The notes below the pieces were generated by a model. That model ran no database searches, was not told the origin of the DNA, and was given only the letters and a program-made list of their open reading frames with translations. Positions 47,388 to 57,831 of a stretch of DNA of 64,000 bases are shown piece after piece (the first letter of the stretch is position 1; the number at the start of each line of letters is the position of its first letter). The translations under genes were made by a program, and so were the position numbers. This DNA is from a virus. The stretch spans positions 32,001-96,000 of the IMG/VR virus record IMGVR_UViG_3300033143_005193; one strand, 5' to 3'.

Positions 47388-48409
47388 TTTCTACTTTCTC
47401 CAATATTTTTTAATATTCTAACCTTCGTATCAGATATTGAATTATTCACTATATAATCATATATGTTTTCTATTTTATGTTTTATTTTTAATTCATTTAT
47501 ATCACTACAATCTTTATATTTTTCAGAAAATATAAAATATCTAACTCTTGTTCTTTTTTTATGTTTTGAATTTTTGAAAATTTTATATAATGTTTTGCTT
47601 CCAGCATCATCATTATCTACCGATATTATTACATTTCTATCAGTAAGGCTTAATAGCTTTTCGATAAATTCATCTTTTATACTTGATCCTAAATAAGCAG
47701 TTCCTTGATCACCTATCGTTAACGCATCTAATAATCCTTCAACAGCTATTATTGATTTTTTTCGATCAAATTTATATTCATTGAATATAATATTACCTTT
47801 TGATAATGTTGGGTTTTTATATTTAGGAATAATACTATTACTAATAGATCTTCCTTGAAAATAATACATTAAACCATCTTTATTATATAAAGGTAATATT
47901 ATTCTATTAGAATATTCACCTTTATATGCATAAAAAACTTTAAAACCTTCCGGTATGTACCTGGAATTTTTAAAGTTTTTTAGCATCTTTTTTACGTTTT
48001 TGATAAATACAGTATTACCTTTATCATCTTCTGATATACAATCTTTTAAAATATAGCTATGATCTTCATACTCCATCTTTTCAACAACTTTTTTCTCTCT
48101 TCTATTATTAGATAATCTTTGTATTATATAATTTGAATCATATTTTTCAAATTCTTTAATAGCATCACTTATTGATATACAATTTATAATACTATATAAT
48201 TTCAAAAAAGATCCAGAAGAATCACAATTAAAACAATGATATATTGGTTTACCACCGTTATAATCTAAATTGAATCTTCTTTTTCTTTTATTTTTTTTAC
48301 TATCACCACAAAGCGGACATCTAGCAAGGAAATGGGTTCCATCTTTAGAAGTAGAAACGTTTTCACAATTACTATATATAAAATTAGAAACAAATTCAAG
48401 AGATAACAT
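47384..48409 (-). CDS. DNA primase gp61-like
   Basis: RCPLCGDS..K.R..YHCFNC zinc finger; FQGR; VEG..D; DND.AG TOPRIM. Confidence 0.92.
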   Translation of the reverse strand: MLSLEFVSNFIYSNCENVSTSKDGTHFLARCPLCGDSKKNKRKRRFNLDYNGGKPIYHCFNCDSSGSFLKLYSIINCISISDAIKEFEKYDSNYIIQRLSNNRREKKVVEKMEYEDHSYILKDCISEDDKGNTVFIKNVKKMLKNFKNSRYIPEGFKVFYAYKGEYSNRIILPLYNKDGLMYYFQGRSISNSIIPKYKNPTLSKGNIIFNEYKFDRKKSIIAVEGLLDALTIGDQGTAYLGSSIKDEFIEKLLSLTDRNVIISVDNDDAGSKTLYKIFKNSKHKKRTRVRYFIFSEKYKDCSDINELKIKHKIENIYDYIVNNSISDTKVRILKNIGESRK

Positions 48410-48559
48410 TTTTATATTTCCTCAAAATCTATACATTCAAAATCAAATGGGGTTAATAAATCAAGTTCTTTATATGTTATGTTTTTGAAATATTTTAACT
48501 TACAACTAATTAAATTATTTTTTATTTTACAATTTACACAATTTTTACAAAAAAAGACG

Positions 48560-48880
48560 TTACTTTTTTCCATGTAATGTTTCATTAGCGGATGCTTCTA
48601 TTTTTTTTCTAATATCAGGTGGAAACAATTTAAAAAAGTTAGTAACGTCCATATCCTCAACACCCAATCCAACCATAAGATTTACAGCTACTTCAAAATC
48701 AGTTCCACCCATTTCTTTTTTCATTTCAATAAAAAGTTTTTTCATGGCTCTTTTTAATGTATTGGAAACGGCTTGTCTTGTAATACCCAATTCCTTTCCT
48801 ATTTCAGCACCAGTCATTCCTTCAAAAAGATTAGTTTTCTTTGTATCTTCTTCTTTTGTAATATAATCTCTTAAAGACAT
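48560..48880 (-). CDS. sigma70 region-4-like HTH protein with a capsid-targeting-like N-terminus
   Basis: MT.AEIG.ELGITRQAVS.TLKRAM.KL; MSLRDYITKEE; GGAGG SD. Confidence 0.7.
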   Translation of the reverse strand: MSLRDYITKEEDTKKTNLFEGMTGAEIGKELGITRQAVSNTLKRAMKKLFIEMKKEMGGTDFEVAVNLMVGLGVEDMDVTNFFKLFPPDIRKKIEASANETLHGKK

Positions 48881-48917
48881 TATTTATTCCTCCGTTTGTT
48901 TTTATAAAATCTGATAT

Positions 48918-48925
48918 TATTTATA
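48918..48925 (-). promoter_or_regulatory. T4-type late promoter TATAAATA
   Basis: Exact consensus ~38 nt upstream of ATG 48880 in a short intergenic gap. Confidence 0.5.
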
Positions 48926-48938
48926 AAAAAATGAAAAT

Positions 48939-51900
48939 TTAGCTACATTTACTATAACCACAAGTACAGTTAAAACACCCTTCTATTGCGAGCATTTTTT
49001 GGCCACATTGGGGACAAACTTCATCACTCAATTCACCCTCAAATTTTTTACCAATATAGTATCTATTCAATAATTGAGCAATAGCATCTGGAATGCTTAA
49101 TATTTGTACTGGTCTTTTATCAGTTGGTTCAAACCTAAACCAACACATTTTATCACTATTTATACCAATAAGAGTTTTTGTTATATCCTCAACAGGAACA
49201 CCTCTTTGTAAAGCAATAGAAATAATTCTTCCAAGAGCTTCTGTAAAAGTATTTTGAACTTGTCCACTTTTACCTAAATGGATAAAAACTTCTAAAGGCT
49301 TGTCTTTATAATCAGAAACAGTAACATACATTTTACCATTACCAGTTTCAACGGAATATGTTTTTGAAGATAAAATACTCGGTCTTTTAAATCCATACAT
49401 TATATTATCTTTTTTATCTTCTGTAAAGGTAACTGGTTGATTTTTCTTAGAACCATCACGATAAATAGTAATACCCTTTAATCCCTTTTGATAGGCGTAT
49501 TTATATATTTCAGAAATTTCTTCTGTTGTTGTTTCTTTTGGTAAATTAACAGTAGAAGAAATAGCAGTAGAACAATGTTCCTGTAAAGCGGCTTGTATAT
49601 CTATTCTATCTTTATATTTTATTTCATGAGCAGTTATAAAAACTTCTTTTACTTCTTTTGGAATGTTATGAAGACCTTTTAACGATCCCATATTATTAGA
49701 TATTTTTTCTAATAAAGCATCATTGAACCATTCTTCATTTTGAAATTTTTCTTCAAATACTGGATTTGTTATTAAGGCTTTAGATCCATCAATATAGTTT
49801 TTAGTGAAAGTCAAACCAAATGACGGTTCTATACCATATGAACAATCACAAGAAAGAGCAACAGTATTATGTGTAACAAAACCATTAGCAACATATGTAT
49901 GTGTGTTTTCAATAACTTCCAAATCATTTACATGTTTTGATTCAAAATATTCTTTATTTTTTATTAAATCCATATATAAATCATTTTTAACAAACCAATT
50001 ATAAGGATCACTATTCATAACTTCTTTATATTTTCTTAATGTTACACAACAATTTTTACTATTTGATATTTCTATTCTTTCTGGAAAATATTTTTCTTCA
50101 TTTGGTGTAATTGGTACATATTCTCTACAATAAATATTATCATCATTTGATGATACATTACATTTAAATTGTTTTAATAAATTATATGAACTAGTTTTAT
50201 CTAATGTTATAGAATATGATTCATGATTTTTAATAATTTTTCTATCATCACTTTCAACAACAGAACCAATTTCTACATTGTTTTTGCTTAATCTTGAAAT
50301 ATATCCCAATCCAAGTAATATTGTATGCAGTTGATTAGCCATAATTTCAGAAATAGTTTTAAAACTAACTAGATTATCTCTGTTTATTATACAACCATCA
50401 CCCTTCCAATATCCTTTTATAAAAGAATTTATTACATCTATTGATCCATCTAAAATTATTTGTGGTATAAAAGCATTAACATCACCTTCTTTTATGCAAT
50501 TATATTTTTTAAACCAATCAAACATTTTTTTAGATGATATATCAAATTTACATTTATAATCATCTTTTCTAACAAAAACATTAAAATTAAAAGTTTTACC
50601 AAATGAATCATTTATTAAATTTCTTATGTAATCTTCATCATTTTCATTAAATGAAATATATAATTTATCATTATTCCACCATCCATTGGCCATATATAAT
50701 CCTATAAATTCAGCCTTTTTAACATCCAACCAATATTCTTTATCAATTATAAAATTTTTCTTTAAGATAACATTATCATTTAATGATAAATCATTTATTT
50801 TTTTCCATATATATCCATTACCTTCAGATAAAACACGAACTTTATGATCATATGTTCCTTCTAATGAATATCCGTTTTCTGTTGTTATTTTTACTGTATT
50901 AGATATTCCTTGATCAAAATATGATTTTAAATGACATTTACCAAAATCTGATTCTGTTGATATTTCATTACTTCCGTCTTGTAAAATATCTTTATAATCA
51001 ATTATTTTCTTTATACCTTTATTAGAAGAAATTAAAGTATTATCAACCAAACAACCAGTAGGTTGAGCAGTTGTGAATTGACTATTTCTAAGTCCAAATT
51101 CCTTTACTCTTTCCATTATTTTTTGCATATGTGAATCTTTATCAGATCCAATATGTTTATCAATAATATTTTCTACATTATCTTTATGTTGATCATATTC
51201 GAAAAATGATCCATGTTTTTCAGCCAAAATAGTACTTTGATAAACACAAGCGGCTGTTAAGGTTCTCATAACATTTGATGCAAAGTTTTTACCTTCTATC
51301 TTATCATATCTATATCCTAATTTAAACATAGCATCAGCAAGACCCATAGGCCCTATCCCAACTGGTCTATATTTTTTAACATTTGATTCAAATCTTTTAT
51401 CTGGAAAATCCATTTTATCAATAACATTATCCATATATTTCATTATTCTACAAGTTGTTTCAAAAAGACCATCATAATTAAAATCATCTTCACCACCAAC
51501 AAATTTTGATATATTTATAGCACTAAGATTACAAGCAAAAAATGGTGGCATTACTTGTTCACCACAATTTCCAGTAAAAGAATATGGTAATCTAAAAGTA
51601 TGAGAATTATCATATACAGAAACATCCCATACATCTTCATATAAATCAGTTTCTTCTACGGATACTATTTGTATATGAGTTAATTTATTCAATGTTCTTT
51701 TACATTCAGGTATATTCTCCAATAAAGCCTGTTTTCTTTTATTACTTAATTTAAAAATTCTTCTAAAATTCAAAGCATCATATTTTAATATCTCTAATGT
51801 GTAATTATTATATTCAATATCATTATTTTCTGATGATTCGTTTATATATGTTTTTATACCATAAAAACCCAATAATTCTGAAATATCAAATATAAGTTTT

Positions 51901-54314
51901 TTGTGTGATAATTTAAGCGATATCTTGTTTTTATGAACACGTCCATTAGATGAAAAAATACCATCTATAACGCCTTTTCTGAAATCTTCAGAAGATTTTT
52001 TCCATATAAAATTTGAAAGTCCTGTTTCTTTTTTATCAACTTCAAAACTATTAAAATATTCATGTAATCTTAAACAAGATGAATATATTTCTATATTATC
52101 GTCCTTTTCTGTTAAGTTATATTCTTCACCTGTTATTAGCTTTAATTTTTCTACTATAATATCCTTTATATCATTCTCAATATCATCTTTTGATATTATA
52201 AAACCATATTGTCTTTTATTATCTTCTATATCTGATATCCAACCATTACCTATATTACATCCAATTATAAAACCATCTTTATATGTACCTATTTCACCGT
52301 AATATAAATTATTTTGAATTTGTTTTGGAAATAAATCACCTGGCTTCAACTCTAATGTTGTTTTCTTTTTATAATTATTATTAATTAAAACTGGCCATTT
52401 ATGTTCAGCTGTAGCATAATAAGAATGACCACTGATTAAATTTATTTTATATAATCTTTTATTTCTACCAGACAAAAAGCATTTTGCTGGTGCTAAAACA
52501 TTATCAAGTGTTGGAACAAAAAATTCTTTATTTTCCAATTCTTGTATTTCAAATATACCATTTGATGTAAGAAGTTTTGTGCCTTTTCTCAATGAAGGAT
52601 TAGGACATTCAATCAACATTTTATTTTTCAAAACATTATATCTATTAATCGTATCTATAAACAATACACCTGGATCTGCTGATTTATGAGCAAACTTAAC
52701 AATTTCATCCCATATTAATTTTGGATCAATTTCTTTAACAACACTACCATCATATGGTGTTCTGAGTTTAAATGGTGTTCCATCTTCTAAACACTTCATA
52801 AATTCATCAGTAATAGATACTGATATATTCATATTACTCAATCTACCATCTTTTTCTTTACACCTAATAAACTCTAATATATCTGGATGCCATACTGGTA
52901 TTGAACATAAAATAGCGGCTCTTCTTACTCTACCACCGGATTTTGTTGTTTCACCAACAGCATCATAAAGTTTCATGAATGTTATTGGTCCGCTGTTATG
53001 AGAAACAAATCCATTAGCTATAAAATTATGATAAGGAGCTTCCATTTTAACATCATATACCTTTTCAATTCCTTTATATTCAATGCTAATTATTTCATCA
53101 AAATACACTTCTCTTGTAAGTCTATAATTTCCTTTAGCTCTACGTTTTTTATGCTCATCATTATGACATTGAATACATAATACTTCTAAATTACTTATTT
53201 CATTATTATATGGATTACCATCTTTATGATGAACCTCTATTCTTTTTTTTGTTTCTCCACATCTTTCACATACATGATTTTCTCTATTCCATAAATATAT
53301 GTTTTTATTTCTTGATCTTGCCGTTACTTCATTTGCATAATCCCCTCTCCACATAGGATTATTTTCACCAGAATTTATATTTGAATAATATTCTTTTATT
53401 TCTTTTCTATTTCTATAATTTTTTCTTGCTTTACTTCTTTTTTCAAATTCTTCATTCGATCCTTTTAAAGAACATCCATTAAAAACAGAAACAACACAAT
53501 TCTCACATAATCCTTTATACTTGCTTCTATTTCCTCTTAATAATCTTACTTTTCCACATCTTTTACATTCTGATATAGGTCTTGTTTTACCATTTACACC
53601 AATTTTATCTTTTACAGAAAAATCTTCAACTTTTTTCCATTCTCCGCTTTCTGATAAAAATCTATGATTACTAGTTGCTTTTATTTTATAACCACTTTTT
53701 GTTTTTATTTCATATACAGGTCTTTTTCCATTATAAATAACGTCTTTAATTGTATTCATTCCTATACCAAAATCATCTAGCATTGATCTTACTCTATATT
53801 TTGGATTTTTAACATTTTTATAAAAATTATACAACCATTCAAGTGTTACTTTTTGATTTTCTACAGCAAAATTTGTTTTATCATTTAATAATATTGTATC
53901 ACCAGTTAAACAACTTTTGCCTTCCGCGGGTTTATCGGGCTGACCCTCAAAAATATAAGAATCTTTTTCTCTCAAATTACCAATAGGAATACCAATCCCA
54001 CTACCATATTGAAATATTTTTCTGGCAACGTTTGCGATATCATAAATACTATTCATGCTATCTTCTAAACCAACAACAAAACATGCGGAGTATATTTTAT
54101 GAGAAGTACCAGCATTCAAAAAAACTGGTGTATTTGGTCTCCATATATTACTAGATAAAAGATTAAAAATATCTTGTTTTTCTTCATCAGTATTTCCAAA
54201 CTCATTAGCAACTCTTAAAAATGTATCTTTTATAGTTTCACCTTGAAATGAATACAGGTCTTTAAAAATCTTTACTGCATTGTTACTTAAACCAAATTCA
54301 TTTTTTTCAGTCAT
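48939..54314 (-). CDS. nrdJ: class II (B12-dependent) ribonucleotide reductase with three inteins
   Basis: PNTP..NAG..SACFV, RRAA, NP|CGE, ACNL, PTG|T, S.GIEP, ISSTVN, KGITIYRDGS; C-terminal TSCPD-like domain and zinc finger; extein 746 aa. Confidence 0.92.
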   Translation of the reverse strand: MTEKNEFGLSNNAVKIFKDLYSFQGETIKDTFLRVANEFGNTDEEKQDIFNLLSSNIWRPNTPVFLNAGTSHKIYSACFVVGLEDSMNSIYDIANVARKIFQYGSGIGIPIGNLREKDSYIFEGQPDKPAEGKSCLTGDTILLNDKTNFAVENQKVTLEWLYNFYKNVKNPKYRVRSMLDDFGIGMNTIKDVIYNGKRPVYEIKTKSGYKIKATSNHRFLSESGEWKKVEDFSVKDKIGVNGKTRPISECKRCGKVRLLRGNRSKYKGLCENCVVSVFNGCSLKGSNEEFEKRSKARKNYRNRKEIKEYYSNINSGENNPMWRGDYANEVTARSRNKNIYLWNRENHVCERCGETKKRIEVHHKDGNPYNNEISNLEVLCIQCHNDEHKKRRAKGNYRLTREVYFDEIISIEYKGIEKVYDVKMEAPYHNFIANGFVSHNSGPITFMKLYDAVGETTKSGGRVRRAAILCSIPVWHPDILEFIRCKEKDGRLSNMNISVSITDEFMKCLEDGTPFKLRTPYDGSVVKEIDPKLIWDEIVKFAHKSADPGVLFIDTINRYNVLKNKMLIECPNPSLRKGTKLLTSNGIFEIQELENKEFFVPTLDNVLAPAKCFLSGRNKRLYKINLISGHSYYATAEHKWPVLINNNYKKKTTLELKPGDLFPKQIQNNLYYGEIGTYKDGFIIGCNIGNGWISDIEDNKRQYGFIISKDDIENDIKDIIVEKLKLITGEEYNLTEKDDNIEIYSSCLRLHEYFNSFEVDKKETGLSNFIWKKSSEDFRKGVIDGIFSSNGRVHKNKISLKLSHKKLIFDISELLGFYGIKTYINESSENNDIEYNNYTLEILKYDALNFRRIFKLSNKRKQALLENIPECKRTLNKLTHIQIVSVEETDLYEDVWDVSVYDNSHTFRLPYSFTGNCGEQVMPPFFACNLSAINISKFVGGEDDFNYDGLFETTCRIMKYMDNVIDKMDFPDKRFESNVKKYRPVGIGPMGLADAMFKLGYRYDKIEGKNFASNVMRTLTAACVYQSTILAEKHGSFFEYDQHKDNVENIIDKHIGSDKDSHMQKIMERVKEFGLRNSQFTTAQPTGCLVDNTLISSNKGIKKIIDYKDILQDGSNEISTESDFGKCHLKSYFDQGISNTVKITTENGYSLEGTYDHKVRVLSEGNGYIWKKINDLSLNDNVILKKNFIIDKEYWLDVKKAEFIGLYMANGWWNNDKLYISFNENDEDYIRNLINDSFGKTFNFNVFVRKDDYKCKFDISSKKMFDWFKKYNCIKEGDVNAFIPQIILDGSIDVINSFIKGYWKGDGCIINRDNLVSFKTISEIMANQLHTILLGLGYISRLSKNNVEIGSVVESDDRKIIKNHESYSITLDKTSSYNLLKQFKCNVSSNDDNIYCREYVPITPNEEKYFPERIEISNSKNCCVTLRKYKEVMNSDPYNWFVKNDLYMDLIKNKEYFESKHVNDLEVIENTHTYVANGFVTHNTVALSCDCSYGIEPSFGLTFTKNYIDGSKALITNPVFEEKFQNEEWFNDALLEKISNNMGSLKGLHNIPKEVKEVFITAHEIKYKDRIDIQAALQEHCSTAISSTVNLPKETTTEEISEIYKYAYQKGLKGITIYRDGSKKNQPVTFTEDKKDNIMYGFKRPSILSSKTYSVETGNGKMYVTVSDYKDKPLEVFIHLGKSGQVQNTFTEALGRIISIALQRGVPVEDITKTLIGINSDKMCWFRFEPTDKRPVQILSIPDAIAQLLNRYYIGKKFEGELSDEVCPQCGQKMLAIEGCFNCTCGYSKCS
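49866..51053 (-). mobile_element. intein (396 aa) with LAGLIDADG
   Basis: PTG|CLVDNT..GTYDHKV..FVTHN|T. Confidence 0.9.
51567..52595 (-). mobile_element. intein (343 aa, Ser1) with degenerate LAGLIDADG
   Basis: NP|SLRKGT..ATAEHKW..FTGN|CGE, inserted before the thiyl-radical Cys. Confidence 0.88.
52995..53912 (-). mobile_element. intein with HNH endonuclease (306 aa)
   Basis: S|CLTGDT..ATSNHRF..HHKDGN..N...NL..LC..CH...H..FVSHN|S. Confidence 0.9.
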
Positions 54315-54344
54315 TATACAAATATTCTCCTATTATAAAAAATT

Positions 54345-55025
54345 TTAATTATTATAAGATATTATATCTTTCCAATTTTTTACATCATTAAACTCCCCAA
54401 CAGGATACTTTATACCGATTTTACTTGCAATCATTCTCCCACTATTAGAAGATGGTATTTCAACACCTTCAAAAACAAAAGGAACATTACTCTTTTTAAC
54501 AAAACTTGAATATGCTTGTGAAATTTTATTTAACTTTAAATTTTCTCCTATTTTTATTTTTTTACCATTTTTATCAATTATATAAAATGAACTACCATCC
54601 TTCAATACAGCACCATCTTGTTTAAACTCTTTTAAAAGCTCTATAATAAAAAGCTCAAAATCTTTTTGACTCATTTCATCTGGTTTTTTTGATAAATAAC
54701 TTCTTTCTATAACATCTACTAACATATTTTCAGGACAATCTTTATATTCAATTTTATCATCTTTACATTCACGCCAATGACCTACTAATTGATATACACC
54801 CATTTTCTTCTTATTAAATTTTGTTCGTAAATTTCTATTTCTTATAATATTTTCTTTCTTACTATATTCACTTCTGTAAGCCGACATAATAACAAAACTT
54901 TCACTTTCCTTAATACTTGATAATACTCTTGAAAGACCGGCTTCTGTAATTAAGTTTCCATTAATACCATCAAGACCATAATCATCAAATGGTGTCGTTT
55001 CGTTTATATATTCTTCAAATTTCAT
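54345..55025 (-). CDS. hypothetical protein with a capsid-targeting-like N-terminus
   Basis: MKFEEYINE..LITE|AGLSRV..MSAYR..EN..RN..L..G.W.E..ERS. Confidence 0.65.
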   Translation of the reverse strand: MKFEEYINETTPFDDYGLDGINGNLITEAGLSRVLSSIKESESFVIMSAYRSEYSKKENIIRNRNLRTKFNKKKMGVYQLVGHWRECKDDKIEYKDCPENMLVDVIERSYLSKKPDEMSQKDFELFIIELLKEFKQDGAVLKDGSSFYIIDKNGKKIKIGENLKLNKISQAYSSFVKKSNVPFVFEGVEIPSSNSGRMIASKIGIKYPVGEFNDVKNWKDIISYNN

Positions 55026-55558
55026 TTTAAATATTTCTCCATTCTTTCATATTTTTTAAAACAATCATATACTTTCAGATCTTTTATTTCAAATATATCT
55101 TTTAACCATGTAATGTTTATATTATCATCACTTTCCATTACAAAACTATCACTTGATGCGATAGAATTAATATCAGAACTCATAATTTTTTTATTTGGTG
55201 TATCAATTTTTACTGGTATATATGGATCATCTTCTTTTATTCCATTTTTTCCCTTTAATATTTCCTTGGCCCATTTACTTAAAATTATTTTTGTTTTTCT
55301 ATCTACTTTTTTTACATTTATTGACAAAAAATTTTTATATCTTCTTATTCTTATCCATCCATTATTAAGTAAAGAAATCAATATTTGTTCTCTAGCTTTA
55401 CCTTCTGTACCAATTTTTTCATTATACATATCATGAATATATTCTATTATTTCTTTTGTCATTCCAAAAGCTTTTGGATTTTTTATTATTTCTGATATAT
55501 GATTACTACCACAATATATTACTTCCCCTTTTGGACTTATAAAGAACGCATAATTCAC
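55022..55558 (-). CDS. hypothetical protein
   Basis: FFISPKGE...H..L..GWIRIR. Confidence 0.65.
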   Translation of the reverse strand: MNYAFFISPKGEVIYCGSNHISEIIKNPKAFGMTKEIIEYIHDMYNEKIGTEGKAREQILISLLNNGWIRIRRYKNFLSINVKKVDRKTKIILSKWAKEILKGKNGIKEDDPYIPVKIDTPNKKIMSSDINSIASSDSFVMESDDNINITWLKDIFEIKDLKVYDCFKKYERMEKYLK

Positions 55559-55570
55559 TTGAAATCACTC

Positions 55571-56374
55571 CTATGTATTTTTATTTAATTTTGCTCTCAA
55601 TGGTTTTATTTCAAAATCATAACAATGCCCTTTCAAACTAGAAAAAGATAATGGACCAACTTTCACACCAAGATTTTCAGCAATATATTCCATTAAAAGA
55701 GTGATACCACCAAGATTCTCCGGCCAAGCGGCATATAAATCCCATGATCTAAAATAAGCATGAGCACATAAATACCAATCATTTTCATGTTTTTTAATAT
55801 GTGTATCTACCCCACGCAAACATGAATTTGTTTGTCTTTCAGATTCATCTTTATATGGTATATCATATGCAAATAAACTTTCTGGATAACCAACTGTAAT
55901 ATAACAATGATTGTTACCAAAACCCTTTTCTTTATAATGTTTTATAATCCATTCAAGTTGACTTGGAACCAATAATCTATTACCATCATATTTTATAATA
56001 AAATTAGCCAATGGTTCATCTACCATTCTTAATCTTGGCATTCTATATAAACCACCATTTATCCATGTAGCATAACGGTAATGTTCATTATCTTCTAAAT
56101 TAACACCATCCATTAAATAATTTACAAAGTATTCTTCTATTTTTTCATCGGTTGTAACGGGCGGAACACCAGCGGGAAATGTTGGAGCCAACGGTCTAAT
56201 TGTAGGCATATGAATTGTACCGGAAATAAAATCAAATTCCAGTCTTGAAGAACCTTCATAACTACCAGTATGAATCGGATTCATTCTACCATGTTGCTCT
56301 AATTCATAAAGCATTGAAAAATATACATTATCTAGTGTATTTCCTTCAACAAAAATAGATTTAAATTTTTTCAT
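55571..56374 (-). CDS. thyA: thymidylate synthase family protein
   Basis: SCLR (catalytic Cys), YFRSWDL....PEN (Asn, dUMP-type), GHCY. Confidence 0.8.
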   Translation of the reverse strand: MKKFKSIFVEGNTLDNVYFSMLYELEQHGRMNPIHTGSYEGSSRLEFDFISGTIHMPTIRPLAPTFPAGVPPVTTDEKIEEYFVNYLMDGVNLEDNEHYRYATWINGGLYRMPRLRMVDEPLANFIIKYDGNRLLVPSQLEWIIKHYKEKGFGNNHCYITVGYPESLFAYDIPYKDESERQTNSCLRGVDTHIKKHENDWYLCAHAYFRSWDLYAAWPENLGGITLLMEYIAENLGVKVGPLSFSSLKGHCYDFEIKPLRAKLNKNT

Positions 56375-56580
56375 ATATCGAATCTCCCATAATAAACAAT
56401 TTCTTTTCCTTCACTATCAACTTTTACAACGGAAAATTTTGGATTTATTTCATCAACATATTTTACAGCACCATCAAAATCTTCAAAAATAACAGAAGAA
56501 CCATAACCATAAGGAATTTGATATTCCTTTTCAAATTCATCTCTATCTTTAATACTTAATGCACAATACAAAGGTTTCAT
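56371..56580 (-). CDS. hypothetical protein
   Basis: 69-aa ORF with AGGAG SD. Confidence 0.6.
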   Translation of the reverse strand: MKPLYCALSIKDRDEFEKEYQIPYGYGSSVIFEDFDGAVKYVDEINPKFSVVKVDSEGKEIVYYGRFDI

Positions 56581-56591
56581 TTTAATTCTCC

Positions 56592-57482
56592 TTAATAGAG
56601 TCTTAAAAGTTTATATTCTAGTTTATTAAAATCATCCATAAAACCGCGCATACCATACTTTTCAAAAAAATAATACATATTTTTTGGGTCTGGAAGAATA
56701 TATTCATCATATTTGTCTTTTATTGATTTTTGGATTGTTTTTGGTATGCAATTGAAATCAATCAGAATTTTATTTCTTTTGAAGTTTTCATTTAAATTAT
56801 TATCAGATAACCATTTCTCATATCCTTCTTTAATTATTTTTTCAGCGGTTTTTGGACCAAGACCGGGTTTTCTTTTTCCTTCTGTTTGTTTTGTAAGTCC
56901 CCAATCTGAAGAAGTTTTGACATTAAAAATATTATCTTTGGATTGACCCATAAGACATTGTTCTAATAAAAACCTTTTAGGATCATCACATTTTTCAAAT
57001 GATCTCTTATTAGGATTCCATAATTTTACCTTATCTGAACATAATTGTAAATAGTCACGATCATTAGAATTTATAATGATATAATCATTATCTATATATC
57101 GTGATAAAACGGCTATAATATCATCAGCTTCAGCTTTCTTTACTTTAAGAACTTTTAAAGGCAGGTATTCTGAAATTTCAGTTCTTAAAACATCCATTTC
57201 ATAAAAAAAAGTATCCCAATCAATTTCTACTTGTTTTGATCTATTAGTTAATCTATTTTCTTTATATCTTTTATAAAAAATTTTACGCCAAGAATCTTTA
57301 CTATCAACAGCAACAATTATTTCATTTACTGTATTATCTTTATTTAAAGGTTCCAATAAAGAAGTGGTCACCAAATATCGCCACATAGCATATTCTGGTA
57401 AACCACTTGCAGCATTTACATCACCTGTAAAAAAACAACGAAAGCATAAATTATTATAATCGAACAAAACAGTTTTAGACAT
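56592..57482 (-). CDS. rnh: T4-type RNase H / 5'-3' exonuclease
   Basis: LFDYNN, WRK..Y..YK.NR, EADDIIA, S.D.D.LQL, G.S.DNI, GLGPKTA, N..LIDF. Confidence 0.88.
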   Translation of the reverse strand: MSKTVLFDYNNLCFRCFFTGDVNAASGLPEYAMWRYLVTTSLLEPLNKDNTVNEIIVAVDSKDSWRKIFYKRYKENRLTNRSKQVEIDWDTFFYEMDVLRTEISEYLPLKVLKVKKAEADDIIAVLSRYIDNDYIIINSNDRDYLQLCSDKVKLWNPNKRSFEKCDDPKRFLLEQCLMGQSKDNIFNVKTSSDWGLTKQTEGKRKPGLGPKTAEKIIKEGYEKWLSDNNLNENFKRNKILIDFNCIPKTIQKSIKDKYDEYILPDPKNMYYFFEKYGMRGFMDDFNKLEYKLLRLY

Positions 57483-57498
57483 TATAAAAAATCCTTTC

Positions 57499-57831
57499 TT
57501 ATTTTACTTTTCTTAATTCACCAGATTTTACATGTTGAATCCAAAATGGCTTATTATATCTTGTTTTTGCCATATATTGTTGAACTTTACTACCTGATGT
57601 AAAACGAAGTCTTCTTCTTCCAAAATTAAAATTTTGATAAAAATCCTTATCATCTACATTGAAAACAGGTAACCCCATTTTTACACCATCTGCTTTAACA
57701 TCAGGAACGTCCGTATCAAACTCAACTTGTTTAACTTCATGATCCTTTTCTATACTTGTTTTACTTTCAATATCACCTACAAAATCACCCATAAAATCAC
57801 TCCTTTTCTTCACTATCTTTTTTAATTTCAA
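57499..57831 (-). CDS. hypothetical protein
   Basis: ORF within the operon; start uncertain. Confidence 0.55.
   Translation of the reverse strand: MKLKKIVKKRSDFMGDFVGDIESKTSIEKDHEVKQVEFDTDVPDVKADGVKMGLPVFNVDDKDFYQNFNFGRRRLRFTSGSKVQQYMAKTRYNKPFWIQHVKSGELRKVK

Noticed and set aside
48410-48559. Short TTACAA-like repeats and a possible gene remnant upstream of primase
   Set aside because: Not distinguishable from AT-rich background; no clean ORF or regular spacing.
55571-56374. dCMP hydroxymethylase (T4 gp42-like)
   Set aside because: The specificity position is Asn (WPEN), the dUMP-type residue, not Asp.
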